From: Squalus acanthias
Lineage: Eukaryota
Direction: 5' to 3'
NCBI GenBank assembly: GCA_030390025.1
Contig: CM059431.1
Coordinates: forward strand, 127,784,001 to 127,848,000
Length of the DNA: 64,000 nucleotides
This document shows, in pieces, positions 1-14,167 of this stretch (positions within the stretch are counted from its first letter, which is position 1; the number at the start of each line of letters is the position of its first letter). The position numbers and the translations under genes are program-made. A model generated the notes under the pieces. That model was not told the DNA's origin, ran no database searches, and saw only the letters and a list, made by a program, of their open reading frames with translations.

Positions 1-814
1 CTTGGCTAAATAATTATTCCAAGCCATATTTTCAGAGCTATTGGTGGATATGTTGCTCTGGGAATATAGCTGAATGTCTCTAGCCCAGGCTTAGATAATT
101 GCATGGTAGGAGGTAATGCAGCAGTTGAACAGGATTTCAAAATACAGGCTCAACCTGGCAGGAGGTTTGCAAAAAGTTTGACAAAAGAAATATTCTAAAA
201 GTCAGAGGAGGTGAAGGTTTTGTTCAACTGCCAAACCAATCTCCAACCCTCAGAAAGGAAGGTGGTACAAAATCAACCTTGAAAGACTAGAGGCTATGGG
301 TGAAGCTGAGCTAAAATATTCTCGTATAAACTCTAGTAAGTTTCTTCCAATGATGTTAACTCTGCTCATAGTATGATGAACAGAAACTGTACTGTTGGTG
401 AAGAATCTATAATTTTTGCATTGCAACAATCTGATGTTACATTTTAAGTGTTCATTGTAATCTCTTGTGAATAAGCATTACTGATTTATGCTACATAAAT
501 TATTAGAATCTTAGCTGGTGTGCTGAACGGTTATTTTCTTGGGGCTGAAATTCTTGACTTTGCTAATTTTAGTGAAAAAAAAGAACTACAGAAGTTTCCA
601 GCACAGAAGGAGCCATTCAGCCCATCATGACTATGCTGGCTCTTTGCAAGATGACAAGAAAAAACGTCTACTTTTTTGTCAAATTCGCAAAGATGAATTG
701 TAGTCCCTTTCTCTCCAGAGTTGAAGCTAGATATCTGTGAGTCCAACAACAAACTGTACAACATGGAAAGCCAAATATCCCCACGGCTACAATTTTGAGT
801 TGCTTTGACACAGA

Positions 815-1660
815 GGGCTGGATTTTGTCAATGGGGGCATGTTGGGGGCGGGACTGCTGGTTGTCGGGTTTCAGTCCCGCCCCCAACGACATCCGGCCAA
901 CCCACGCTATTTTCCCTTGATTGACCTTGCTAAGCCCGCCCTGCAGGCTTAGCCGGCCAATTAAGGGAAAGCCGGTGACAGAGGACATCAGCGTATGACG
1001 TTACATCCATCGAAAATTTTTGACAGATGAATTGTCAGCGTTTGACAGCTTTGAGAAGCTGTCAAACACTGACAATCTCTGTTCTAAGGTGAGCCCTTGC
1101 ACAAAGACTCACCAAAACCTCTTTCCTCAGCAGAAATCAGATGGCTGCTGCATCTGAGAATGCAGTAGCCATTCTGTCATCTCTGCCGTTGAGATGAGGC
1201 ACATCCGGATCCCCAAGGGTTGAAGCCTGCAGAAAGAAGCAAAGGTAAGGAAACTTTTTCCAACACTTTACACTCACCTCTCATACTTACTTGTCCATAC
1301 TTGCACCCATCAATCACCTGTACAGTGGACTTTTTGACCCCTCTCACCCCCCGCAGACCCACTGCTCGCCTCGCTGACCCTGGCGAGGTTCGCAGCCATC
1401 GGGAAGCCCGCACTTGTAGGGGTAAAATGGGGATAAGCCTCAAAACTGCCTGTTAACTACCTGTTAACAGGCAGTTAATTGGCTCTAATCCCCTTCCCAC
1501 CTCGAGGAGACGGGTCCCTGCACGAGTCGGGGACCCGCCTCCTGGGAAGATGGCATGGAGGCGGGTTGGGAGCAGGTTTGGTACCCGCTCCCAGTTTCTG
1601 CCATTTTCCCGGCAGTCCCGCCTCCATACCCGCCTCCCCAGGGCTGGGAAAATTCCCCCC
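815..1660. mobile_element. Harbinger-type MITE, family A copy 1
   Basis: Imperfect TIR GGGCTGGATTTT...AAAATTCCCCCC with 3-bp TSD AGA/AGA; colinear with 9321-10036 and 12895-13717; left subterminus resembles element 3252-5055. Confidence 0.8.
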
Positions 1661-2244
1661 AGAATGTGACTGTAACTTTGCAGAGTAGAAATTACTGTTA
1701 ACAATATTATTGAGCAAATGCTTAAATCTTTTGTGTCAATTTTTTCTCTGCTATTTTAATGTAGGCTATTCTGTTAATTTTAAATGAACTAATATCCCTT
1801 AAAATAGCAGTGGAAGAGAGAGCTATTTCACATGAACTGGGAAATTGTTCATAAAATATTACTGGACATAATTTTTACCTTTGGGTGTTTAGGACTTCTT
1901 TTAATTACAATGTTTTACAGTATTTGCAATGAATGTATTTCTCCCACCTACATAAAAAGACACATTTCTTGGCTTCTGTCTTACTAGCTTTTCCTTATCA
2001 CTTTTCCCTTTCTGTATGTGCATGTAGTCCTGCTGTTATTGCAAACATTCATGCTGTTGACCATCATTAACATTGTATGCCCATTGATTCCAATTGGTTT
2101 ATGTTGCATTGTGGAGGCACTGTTTTTTACGTTCACATGAGAAAAACACTAAGTGCATCTATTACCAAAATATATGAAAGCAACTGTTTGCCTGCCCAAG
2201 TGAAGAGGAACAAAGCCTTCAATATTTATGTATTCCAATACTGT

Positions 2245-2928
2245 ACATAAGAACATAAGAAATAGGAGCAGGAGTAGACCATTTGTCCCCTCGAGCCTGC
2301 TCCGCCATTCAATAAGATCATGGCTGATCTGACCCTGGCCTTCACGTCACTTCCCTGCCCGCTTCCCATAACCCTTGACTCCCTTATCATTCAAAAATCT
2401 GTCTATCTCCACCTTAAATATATTCAATGACTCAGCCTCCACAGCTCTCTTGGGTAGAGAATTCCATAGATTCATGACCCTCTGAGAAGAAATTCCTCTT
2501 CATCTCTGTTTTAAATGGGCGACCCCTTATTCTGAAACTATGCCCCCTAGTTTAAGATTCCCCACGAGGGGATATATCCTCTCTGCATCTAACTTGTCAA
2601 GCCCCCTCAGCATCTTATATGTTTCAATAAGATCACCTCTCATTCTTCTAAACTCCAATGAGTATAGGCCCAACCTGCTCAACCTTTCTTCATAAGACAA
2701 CCCTTTCATCTCCAGAATCAACCTAGTGAACCTTCTCTGAACTGCCTCCAATGCAAATATATCCTTCCTTAAATAAGGAGACCAAAACTGCACGCAGTAC
2801 TCCAGGTGTGGTCTCACCAGCACCCTGTACAGTTGTAGCAAAACTTCCCTACTTTTAGACTCCATCCCCCTTGCAATAAAGGCCAACATTCCATTTGCCT
2901 TCCTAATTACTTGATGTACCTGCATGCT
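2245..2928 (-). mobile_element. CR1 LINE 3' fragment (ORF2 C-terminus and tail)
   Basis: Minus ORF contains LYRVLVRPHLEYCVQFWSPY and RRMRGDLIETYK; tail reads (AACATAAG)n on + strand. Confidence 0.92.
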
Positions 2929-3251
2929 GTACATTCTATTCGCTTTTCCAGAGTGATTTTCATCAAAATTATTGACCAATAACGACTTATTTTCTCTTAG
3001 CTTTGAGGATTTATTCTTATAAATGAACATTTTATGTTGCACTTTCATTTTTTTTAAAGTCAATGATGTTTCAATAAGAATGATGAAGAACAAAGCAATC
3101 CAGTGGTGTTGCTGCTCCATGAACTATACCAGCAATGTTTTCAACAGCAATATGGAAGAGAGGATCAATGGCAAATAGTGTTTATGATTTGACTAGCAGG
3201 GAATCTACTGTAGTCCTCTTGGCTTTCTCCAGTAGATTATTTGGACAGTCA

Positions 3252-5055
3252 GGCTGCGATTTCGCCTACCGAGGCGGGCTAAGTGTGGCCGAGGTAGGTG
3301 GTGGACTGCGACCCCGCTCCCGGTTCTATCGCACTCTGTGGAAGTGATTTTACCCTGATTGGCCTTGTTAAGCCCGCCCTGCGAGGTTCCCGGCCAATTA
3401 AAAGGAAGCGGATCTGATGACGTCATTTGATGATGTGTCATCAGCCGGTTTCCTTAAAGGGACCATGTGCACATTCATTTTGACATTTGTGCTGTCAGTG
3501 TTCTACAGCATTGAGGTGCTGCAAACACTGACAAACACTGCACAAAGGTACACGGCTGCACCCAGGCTCTCCCATGACTCCCTCCATACGCTTATGGAGG
3601 GAGTCACAGCACGTAGGGAGGTTCTCTTCCCTTCCCATGGGCGGAAGAGACCTCCCCAGGACACCAATGCAGCCTGGTTACACATTGTACAGGAGAACAC
3701 AGGAAGGGATGTTGTCAGGAGGACCTGGCTGCAGTGGCGCAAACTTTTCAATGATCTCAGTAGATCATGAACGTTACTGCCAAGCCACACTCAACCTCAT
3801 CCTGCTGTGCCTCTCATCACATCCCCATCACTCTGCCTTCCCTACCCTACTCTGGCACATCCTTACTCACACCAACTTAACTTGCACCTCCTCCCATCCC
3901 TCTCTCTCTATCTACATTATCACATCCCCATCTCACTAGCCACCCCTCACACTCACCCTCATCCTTGTCCAATCATACCAACTAACAACACACAAGGGTA
4001 GGCACTTGGGTCTTTTAGCCAATGTTGATGTGGAGTTTCTGCTAATGTGTTGTCAAACATTGAAATCTTTATTTTGAACACTTTGCCATCTTGGACTAAT
4101 TTGTGTGCACCTTTGGAAGTGGCTTAGTGAGTTGCAGTGAATGGTGAGACATAACAGTACTCCCTGCAATGGTGATGAGTGTGAAAGGAATGGCTTGGGC
4201 ATTGCAGGGATGCTTTATGGTGTTGGTGTGGGGTGGTGCAAACCTGGCGCATCATGTGGCAGCCAGGGTGTACAGCATCAAGTAAAGTAAATCTGGCCAT
4301 CGTGAGGCCATCCCTGACCTCCCAGGCAGCAATGTGGTCGGGTGCTAATGCCCTGTGTCCTATGCAGTATCAGGTGATTGCAGAGAAGGTTGGTGTTGTT
4401 GTTGGTGCTGCTGGTTACCTGGTGCTGCTGGTGTGCCTGGTGATGTTGGTATTGGGGATAATCGTGTTGGGATTCTGAGGACCAAGGTGAGATTTTTTGA
4501 AGGGCACCGATGCTGATGAAATACATGGCAGCTGAAGTTGAGATGACAGAAGCAATCTGTCAATGGTGAGACAGGTTGTTCCAAGGAGGTGACAGTGGAT
4601 AGAGAGTTAACTCCAAACACTTCCAAACTGCATAAAGCTCAAAATTGTGTTCCAAATCCTGAAGGCTCCAGCTTCTAACACTGGAAAGTGAACAGCTGTG
4701 AAATGGTAGCTTTTATACCACTTTTGCATCTGTCACCTATTCAGAGCAATGGAGATTCTTAGAAAACCCGAATTACTTACCTGACATGATCCCCGAGCAC
4801 CGTGAAACTCATCAAAAAGCTGGAAAAATGGTAAGTAGATGGTAAAATGCTATTTAAGTACCTTTAAATAACCTCTTAACTATTTCAATTGGCTCACCCG
4901 CCGCTTAGTGTTGGGTCTGTAAAGCGCAGGCAGACCCGGCACTTGGGAAACGGACACAGAGGCGGATTCACAGCGGGATACCGACCCGCTGTCAATCTTC
5001 TAGATTTTGACAGTGGACCTGCCTCTGAACCTGCCCTCTGAGCAAGATTCCGGCC
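3252..5055. mobile_element. Internally deleted PIF/Harbinger element (family D) with Myb/SANT remnant on + strand
   Basis: TSD TCA/TCA; TIR GGCTGCGATTTCGC vs GGCCGGAATCTTGC; 3540-3770 translates to APRLSHDSLHTLMEGVTARREVLF...W...RTWLQWRKLFNDL (Myb/SANT-like). Confidence 0.8.
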
Positions 5056-5874
5056 TCAGATTCTGAAGCCTCTCTCATACTAATAGTTTAAAAATCCAAG
5101 GCTATAAATGCTGCCGTAGTGTCAATGACCACATTGGATGTAGTCTCAATTGATTTTTCAACTGCAGTATAGCTGTTCTTACTTAACATTACTGCAAAGT
5201 AGCAGCAGTAAAACTCTAGTCAACTGGTTTAGACTGTTTTTGTGCCAATTGTTTTGAAAATCTAAAACCAGGTTATGATCAGGCAGTGCTCTACCTCATT
5301 ACCGTGGTTTTCCATCATCTTTTAATCAAGGAATTCCTAGCCAAGCTGCTATATGTCCTTCTATCACTATCATGAACTTCTCCACGCTGTCATCAAGGAT
5401 TGGAATTTGTAATGCTTATTCCTAACAATGATCTCAATGGGATTACTGGCAGCAGCATGGTGAAGTAACAGTTGGCTAGGAGAGGGAACTGGTACAATAT
5501 GAATTTAGGATATTTTGGGGCAGTTTGGGGTTGAATAGTGTGTTTGTCTGTCACCCAACCCCGATCCATTTTCCTAGGTCAGGGCTGATTATTTACGCAG
5601 CGCACGCTCCTGGTGGGATCCCTGCCAGCCATAGGGAGCCTTCTACCATCAGGAATTAGAATTTGTCAGTGCTGCAGTGGGACACCTACTATAGCACAAA
5701 AGAGGAGGAACCACAATTTTAATGTGGCAGGAGAGGCTCTCCATGAGACAATTGGACAGGGAAAAATAGTAAGGGGCTTTAGGAAAGCAAGATACATCCA
5801 ATCCCTCTTCCTCAAAAAAAGCATCCAACAGACCTTCCACTGCCAATGCCCCATGATATACTGTCACCCCTCTC

Positions 5875-6914
5875 TTGGTGGTCCTCCCTCCTATTTCTCA
5901 TCTACATGTTGCCCCTTGGCGACATCATCCAAAAACATCATCAGTTTCCACATGTACGATGACGACATGTACGCGCTACCTCACTACCTCTTCTCTCGAC
6001 CCCTACACAGTGTCTAAATTGTCAGACTGCTTGTCCGACATACAGCTCTGGATGAGCAAAAACTTTCTACAATTAAATATTAGGAAGACCGAAGCCATTG
6101 TTTTCGGTCCCCGCCACAAACTCTGTTCCCTAGCCACTGACTCCATCCCTCTCCCTAACATCTGTCTGAGGCTGAACCACACTGTTCGCAACCTTGGTGT
6201 CATATTTGACCCTGAAATGAGCTTCCGATCACATATCCGCAGCATAACAAAGACCGCCTATTTCCACCTCTGTAACATCGCCCGTCTCCGCCCTTGCCTC
6301 ACCTCATCTGCTGCTGAAACCCTCATCCATGCCTTTGTTACCTCTAGACTTGACTACTCCAATGTACTCCTGGCTGGCCTCCCACATTCCACCCTACGTA
6401 AACTTGAGGTCAATCAAAACTCGGCTGCCTGTGTCCTAACTCACACCAAGTCCCGTTTGCCCATCACCCCTGATCTACATTGGCTCCCAGTTAAGCAGCG
6501 CCTTGTTTTTAAAATTCTCATCCTTGTTTTCAAATCCCTCCATGGCCTCGCCCCTCCCTATCTCTGTAATCTCCTTCAGCCCCACAACCCCCCCGAGATA
6601 TCTGCGCTCCTCTAATTCTACCCTCTTGAGCATCCCTGATTATAATCGCTCAATCTTTGGTGGCCGTGCCTTCTGTTGCCTAGGCTCTAAGCTCTGGAAT
6701 TCCCTGCCTAAACCTCTCCGCCTCGCTACCTCTCTTTCCTCCTTTAAGGTGCTCCTTAAAACCTACCTGTTTGACCAAGCTTTTGGTCACCTGCCCTAAT
6801 TTATCCTTATGTGGCTCAGTGTCAAATTTTTTGTCTTATAATACTCCTGTGCAGCGCCTTGGGACGTTTTACTACATTAAAGGTGCTATATAAGTACAAG
6901 TTGTTGTTGTTGTT
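5875..6914 (+). mobile_element. L2 LINE 3' fragment
   Basis: WMSKNFLQLN..KTE, TLIHAFVTSRLDYSN and LHWLPV motifs; (GTT)n tail. Confidence 0.92.
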
Positions 6915-9320
6915 CTTCTTCTTCTTCTTCCTGGGGTGTTGGCAGAAGCAGTGGGTTCACAAACTGGGTTGTACGCCAGTCCCCACCATCATTTACTTAT
7001 ATGGCCTACTCCCCTGAGGAGTACGAGGAAGGGAAATCCACGTTATCAGTGGTAAGGGTGGGGATGTGACTGTAGGCCTGCCTACCTGATCTTCCTTTAT
7101 TTTCCTCCACTATACCGACCAATTCGACATGGTATTATACAAAAAAAATCCAGTCCATGTTTCTTTATTCTTGTTTGATAACACAATAACCTATAGTATG
7201 AACATTTATTATTCATAAAATTTGCTGTTTTTATAGTTCATCACACAAACTAAATTTAACATTTTTATTTATCTTATATACCTCACATTGAGCTCAGCTG
7301 AAACATTTAGAAAAATCTTACACAAATCAGACAACATTCTGTCGGAAGATGCATTCGAAGTTAGCCTACATATGGAATCAGAGGACCAATTCCATTATCC
7401 GGCATTCCCAGTGGGAAATAACACTCACCAAAATGCATCTTCGGAGATCGTGGACACGCACACCTACGATTTTCCAGCCACCTGCGATTGCCGAGATGTG
7501 CTCCCCACTGGGATTGCGAGAGAATGGAATCATCCCTCATCAATTTATAATGAAAACTCTTTGCACTAGCAGTTCCAAAGTGGTTGAAGTTATAGATTTC
7601 CAAGTATGGTGGCAGTAGGGAACCTCGTCTGCCACATATCTGAACACTGTGGGGATGCTGCCCATGATTTTACGATATGCACTACTGGCCAGTGAGGTTT
7701 ACCACGGACAGCACATTCACAGAAAATTACTCACCACCCCCCGCCCCGCTCCCCCCACCCCCGCAACCCCCCTCCTGTGGACCCAGTTTGATTCTTTGAT
7801 TTCCTTGACCCAGATAAAATTCTGACTGCATCAACTCCTTCTTCTATCTGATAACATTAGGTCCAATTGTTCAGGTGTATTTATTTGGGGCAAAATATTT
7901 ACAGCAGTTAGGAAAACAGTAGCAATAGATAGATCTTTTAATTTGTTGGTAATATATTGGAAATTTATTTGATTGCATGAGAATTAATTCTTGCTGTGCT
8001 ATATGAAATTCCGTCGCATAAAAATGAAAAAAAAAGAAGAAATTTAAAGAAAAAGAAAACAATTTTTAATGATATGAATGTAACCTTTGTCAGGACAAGC
8101 AGGCTCTGCTGTGGCTTCTTAAAGCATTTATTATTTTAAAAAAGTACAGTTGAGGATAATTGCAATTACCATGTGCTTTTGCTTTGACTAGCTGAGCTGA
8201 CTTGTTAAATCTGGATTTATATTTAAAACAGTATGTAATTTTTATAGGTTGAGGTTGCGGCCTCAGGGAACTTTAGGCAAGAAGATTGTTTGATTTATTT
8301 TGATAAGCATGTCATTAAAAGCCTTATAAAGATGTTTGCATTCTTTATTAATACTGAATTATTATATTGTAACAAAGTGCAGCGTGCATTCTTAGTTTCT
8401 GTCAGGTTATATATCTATCTTTATATATGCCCTCCTTAGACCTCTGATGTACCATACTGGTCTTTGTTATTCCCTTGATATTACCATGATGTAAAATGAA
8501 TCTTGAAACTTTCAGCATTTATTAAAATTCATCAGTGCATTTACATTACTTTAGAAACCAAAGATAAGTGACAAAGGACACAAAGGAATTGCAACATAAT
8601 CTGTTGGGCTGGGTAATTGGCTTGCCCTGATGTGACATCTTGATCGAGAGAAAGAACTTCTGATGTTGCTTATAAAGTTGAGTCTCACAATAACAAAAAA
8701 CCTGTTTTAAATCTCCCATCTGCACCACCTCAGGGTCATAGACAAAATATTCAAACCAAATCTTTATTTCCCCTATTATCAAAATGTTCACTATGGTTCT
8801 GTAAACTGGCTTTCAACATATCCTTACTCAACCATGCCAGCCACATTGGTTCAGTGAAAATGAGTTACCACGCCAAACAACTTTCTGTTGCCAAGTAGCT
8901 ACTGTTTACACAGATAATTTACATGGTAAAATGTTCCCCAGCATTTATTTTTGGTAAAATCTATCAGTAGCATCAGCACAAAGTTGAAGTTTTGAACTTA
9001 GGTGTTCATGGATCTCATCACGTAGTATAAGAAGAGAATTAAGAGATCTTATGAATCCTTCTTTGCTGCTATTAATTTGTAATAAGTAAACTTTACAGAG
9101 GTTAAGAATCACATCATAATCACTTCAATTATCAAACAAAATATAATGTGACCTTTGTTAGTCTATAAGCATTCCATACAAATGTCCTGACAATGACAAT
9201 GAAAAGTTTCCTGATCTAAGGGTTGATTTGGACTGATAGTTGCTTCCCCCACCCCACCGTAAAAAGTTCTAATGGGCTAAAATTCTACTGAGGTGTATTG
9301 GTGGTATGTACGAACATAAG

Positions 9321-10036
9321 GGGCTGGATTTTGCCAATGGGGAGCTTTTGGAGGCGGGACTCCCACTTGTCGGGTTTCAGTCCGCCTCCATTGACTTCTG
9401 GCCAACCCACGCTATTTTCCCTTGATTGACCTTGTTAAGACCGCCCAGCTCTGTGAAGCTGTCAAACACTGACATTCTCTGTTGTTTGATGAGTCCTTGT
9501 ATTTAAGACTCATCAAACCTATCTGCTGAGCAGAAATCAGATGGCTGTTGCATCAGAGAATGCAGCAACCATCTGTCATCTCTGCCGGTGAGATGCCGGA
9601 GTCTCCGGTTCCCCAACTGTTGAAGCCAGCAGGAAGAAACAAAGGTAAGTAAACATTTTCTATCACTTTACACTCACCTCACATACTTACCTCTCCACTC
9701 TTGCACCCATCACTGACCTCAACAGCGCACTTTTGGACCCCTCCGACCCCCGCAGACGCACTGCTCGCCTCGCTGACCCTGGCGGGGTTTCCCGACATCG
9801 GGAGGCCCGCACTTGCAGGGGTAAAATGGGGATAATCCTCTTAACTGCCTGTTAACTACCTGTTAACAGGCAGTTAAGTGGCTGTAATCCCCTTCCCGCC
9901 TCGGGGAGGCGGCTCCCAGCGCGGGTCGGGTAACAGCCTCCTGGGAAGATGGCACGGAGGCGGGATGAGCACCCACCCGCAGATTCTGCCATTTTCCCGG
10001 CAGTCCTGCCTCCCCAGGGCTGGCAATATTCCCCCC
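9321..10036. mobile_element. Harbinger-type MITE, family A copy 2 (internal deletion), inserted in a CR1 tail remnant
   Basis: Colinear with 815-1660 but missing a block near 9447; flanks AAG/AAA inside AACATAAG tail repeats. Confidence 0.8.
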
Positions 10037-10304
10037 AAAAACATAAGAATTAGGAGCAGGAGAAGGCCCCTTGAGCCTGATCTTTGACTTCAACTCCACG
10101 TACGAGCACATTTCCCCCTGTCCATTTCACATTTTCAGCTCACAGTGGGGGCTCCCTGCATTTTACGAGAGCCCCTCATTCACTCCCAGCAAAGTTTGCG
10201 TCACGCAGTGGGAGCACAGAGGCCAGGGAGACCACGGGAATTCTTGGGTAGCAACAGAACTGTGAAGCTGTAGCAGATTAAAGCGACACCTGCACTTCCT
10301 GCTC

Positions 10305-10375
10305 CAACAGCTGGCATTTATATAGCACCTTTAACATAGTAAAATGTCCCAAGGCGCTTCACAGGAGTGTCAGCA
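10305..10375 (-). mobile_element. L2 3'-end fragment
   Basis: GCATTTATATAGCACCTTTAACATAGTAAAATGTCCCAAGGCGCT matches the reverse complement of the L2 tail at 6850-6900. Confidence 0.65.
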
Positions 10376-10960
10376 ACACTTTTTTTTAAGGTAAATTTTC
10401 TTTTCTTGCTGCTTTTGCAGGGTATTGTGCAGAGATGAGCCAGGAGTCTGCCAAATTCTGAGGCTGGGGGTGGAAATGGGTAACAGAAGACAGCTCTCTT
10501 TTCTGAAAGAGCCCCGGAGGTCATGCTGAGGGAGGTGATGGCAAGGGGAGTGCCATTCTTTGTAATGAGGGGCCCCCTTCCCCAGCAAACTACAGTCACT
10601 GGTGCCTGGGGAGAGGTGGCTGAGGAGAGAGCATCCTCCCAAATGGAGAAACCCAACACCCTGAAGAGGTTTGCCAAGATAAGTGACTGGTGGACTCATT
10701 TCTCAACAGCGGACAGCAATGGCAACAGCAATAACGTGCTCAAAACACACACAGACTTTTCCCTCAATCAGCTCCATACTCATATGGGATGCTTCCTTAT
10801 TTTTATACACCCCTTTACTCTTTCAAACATCAGTACAAGGCAACCCAGATTCAGCCGTGAACCATCTTCCATCTTCCCTGTAAACGTCTCACTGATTTGT
10901 ATGTGTTGTTAAATTAAATTGATTTGTTTTAAGATGAATTCACTAGATACACGTTACAGA

Positions 10961-11102
10961 CTGTAAGCCTCCCTTTCTTTTTAACCATTGATTGAGCTAG
11001 AGTCTTAGTAAAGGAGGCATTTGACAATAAAAGCGATGACATTAACAGGTCACATCTGCAATGTTAGTGTTGGCACCAATGATCTACATGATTGCAGCAT
11101 GA
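10961..11102. repeat. ~140-bp dispersed direct repeat, copy 1 (two predicted hairpins)
   Basis: Highly similar to 14168-14303; flanks unrelated. Confidence 0.85.
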
Positions 11103-12894
11103 TTGCAGACTCTCCTACACACTAGCAGGTCCCGTAAATACTATTTATTTTGTAAGCAGGTAAGAAAAGTACTTTTGCAGGCTTTCATTTTAGAGTAAGG
11201 CTTTCTATAGAAAAAATGTTGTATTAGTAATTCTTCAGCTAAACGATTGAAACCTTGTCTAATCAGTTTATCCTTGGAGCATTGCACATAATGATACACC
11301 CGTTTATCCTTCTCAACTTATGTTTATAGGATGGTTTTAAGCATGGCCTGGAGGGTCAGGCACTGTGCATTACCTAGGATGAGATGGTAAAAGCGGATGG
11401 TTGCTAGGCTAGAGACACAATTGATGGGGCCACAAGGACCGTTAGCAATAAGGGTGCTTGTTAATATATATAAGGGGGACTGAGATCAGAGATTGTTAGA
11501 ACGTTCTTGGAGCGGGACTGGACACGCTGAAGTGAATCAAGGCGAACTGAGTTTGATCACCTCGGGAACGTGTTGATATAAAGTAGGTTATATCTCAACA
11601 TCTTATTTAGAATGTTATAAGCGGAACCTTTGTATTTTAACAGCTTCATTTCTTGTATTCTAGCTTTGATAGCTGTGGTAAAACCTATGTACTTTGGACC
11701 AAAGTTCCCTCTAGTCTCTGAGTACCAAAGACTGAATTGAATATAAATTACACACAAACCACATTTCCGTATTCTGTTCACTAATCAGCTTTAGATCTGT
11801 TGATTTTTTTTGATCTTTGATGTTCTTCCCTCTTCTTGACTAACTATTTCTTCTATGAGTAGGCTGCCTTGTTTAATGGTGATTCTTTTATCATTCAGAG
11901 TCACGAGGCTTCTTTAAGACTGCTATTTTCTATACCACTTCATTCAACCTGCCTGTGATTATTTAGCAAAAAGAAAATGCAGTTTCTTGTCCATGATCGA
12001 TTCACTCCAATATTTGTAGAGGATGGGTTAGCTGTTCCAAAGTTATCCACACTTCCCCTGCACAGCTATGGTAGCACCTAGGAATTTGCACCTTATATAT
12101 GTGATTTATTTATTATATGTTTCTGAAATCTCAATCTTTCCCCACTTAAACAATTTTGAAAAGTGGAAAAAAAAATCCGACCAAAACTAATGCAAAAATC
12201 CAAAATGTCCTTACATCAATGAACGTGCAACACAGGACTCCTTTTTGTTAAATCTCACATTGAAGGTCATATGATATTCTTATTGTCATATACACAAGTA
12301 TTTCATTGCTAAAATAGAGTGCAAAATATTTAGTGAGGTAAATAAATATAAGGTAGAAAATTCACACTTTCAGAAAATCAGTCTAAAAATACAATTTTAT
12401 GTTTAACAAGAAATTGACAGAGAATCTACAAACATTTGAAGGATGATCCCCAGTATGTTTAACGGACTTAATTTCATGTCTATTACACTGACTTTGGTCA
12501 GTAATTTCAGTATTTTAACAAACAAATAGATGAAGAGCTGAGAGATACATCCAGTTCATTAAAAATTCGAGATTTTTGTTCAAACAAACTCTTTGCAAAA
12601 AAAAGCTGAGTAAGTTTCATTTGAAAGAATTGGTACTGGATTATTTCAGAAGCTGATCAGTGTAAGACAAGATGATGATAACACCACAGCAGATTAATTT
12701 AGATCAAAGGATTGAATAGAACAGTGACCTGGTTCAGGGCCTGTAGCTCCAAACTAGTTACCAAACACAACAAGCCAACACATACAGTGACATTAAAACA
12801 ATATCAAGTCTTATCTGTCTAATCCTAATATATTTCTTGTTCAGCAACAGATGAATAAACCTGCAAATGGTGAGTGAAGGATGAAAGAAACTTA

Positions 12895-13717
12895 GGGGGC
12901 GATTTTGTCAATAGGGGCACATTGGAGACGGGACTGCTGCTAGTCGGGTTTTAGTCCCGCCTCCATCGACTTCTGGCCAACCCACGCTATTTTCCCTTGA
13001 TTGACCTTGTTAAGCCCACCCAGCGGGCTTAGCAGGCCAATTAAGAGGAAGCCGGTTACAGAGAACATCAGCGTATGACGTTTCATCTGTCAAAAATATT
13101 TGATAGATGAATTGTCATCGTTTGACAGCTCTGTGAAACTGTCAAACACTGACATTCTCTGTTGTTTGATGAGTTCTTGTATTCAAGACTCATCAAACCT
13201 CTTCTGTGAGCAGAAATTAGATGGCTGTTGCATCGGAGAATGAAGCAACGATCTGTCATCTCTGCCGGTGAGATGCGAGACTCTCCGCATCCCCAATTGT
13301 TGCAGCCTGCAGGAAGAAACAAAGGTAAGTAAACATTTTCTATCACTTTCCACTCACCTCACATACTTACCTCTTCATACTTACACCCATCACTTAACTC
13401 CACAGCGCACTTTTGGACCCCTCCGACCTCCGCAGATCCACTGCTCGCGTCGGTGACCCTGGCGGGGTTTCCCGACGTTGGGAAGCCCGCGCCTCTGCTG
13501 GAAAATTGGGGATAATCCTCTTAACTGCCTGTTAACTACCTGTAATCCTCTTCCCGCCTCCAGGAGACGGGACCCGGCGCGGGTCGGCTACCCGCCTCCT
13601 GGGAAGATGGCACAGAAGCGGGTTGGGGGTGGGATGGGTACCCATCCCCAGATTCTGCCATTTTCCTGGCAGTCCCGCCTCCAAACCCGCCTCCCCAGGG
13701 CTGGCAAGATCGCGCCC
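12895..13717. mobile_element. Harbinger-type MITE, family A copy 3
   Basis: TIR GGGGGCGATTTTG...CAAGATCGCGCCC; colinear with copies 1 and 2; 3-bp flanks do not match (TTA/TAG). Confidence 0.8.
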
Positions 13718-14167
13718 TAGGAAACTCTTTCAAAAATAATAGACCCATAACTGTAGATATCATACAGTAAATTTTGAACTACCATGAGTATTCGTCATGG
13801 CTGCACAGATCTTGGCTTTAGTTGAACATGTGAATAGAAATTAGAGGTAGGTAAAATACTTTTGTAGTATGATTTTAATTAATACTTTATTAACATTTTT
13901 ATAACTAATAGCTCTGTTCCTCAAATCCAGATAAAAGAATACAGTAAGACCTCGGTGGCATTACATGCAACAAAGAATGAATAAATATTCTAATTATTTC
14001 CTCTGTGGTACTGTTGAATATCTTAAACCATATACTTCCAGAAACAAATGTCAGCCACTGTGAAGTGATTGTTTTGCAAAAGGGTTAAGATTGTATATGT
14101 GACTTACTTTGGAATCAGAGAGTGTTTAATAGGATTCCATATTTGAGGTTTTTAAAAGAAAAGTAAC

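Noticed and set aside
1177..1717. Short ORFs in GC-rich MITEs, and antisense ORFs over LINEs throughout the ORF track
   Set aside because: Frames are not conserved between copies; by-products of composition or of the opposite-strand ORF
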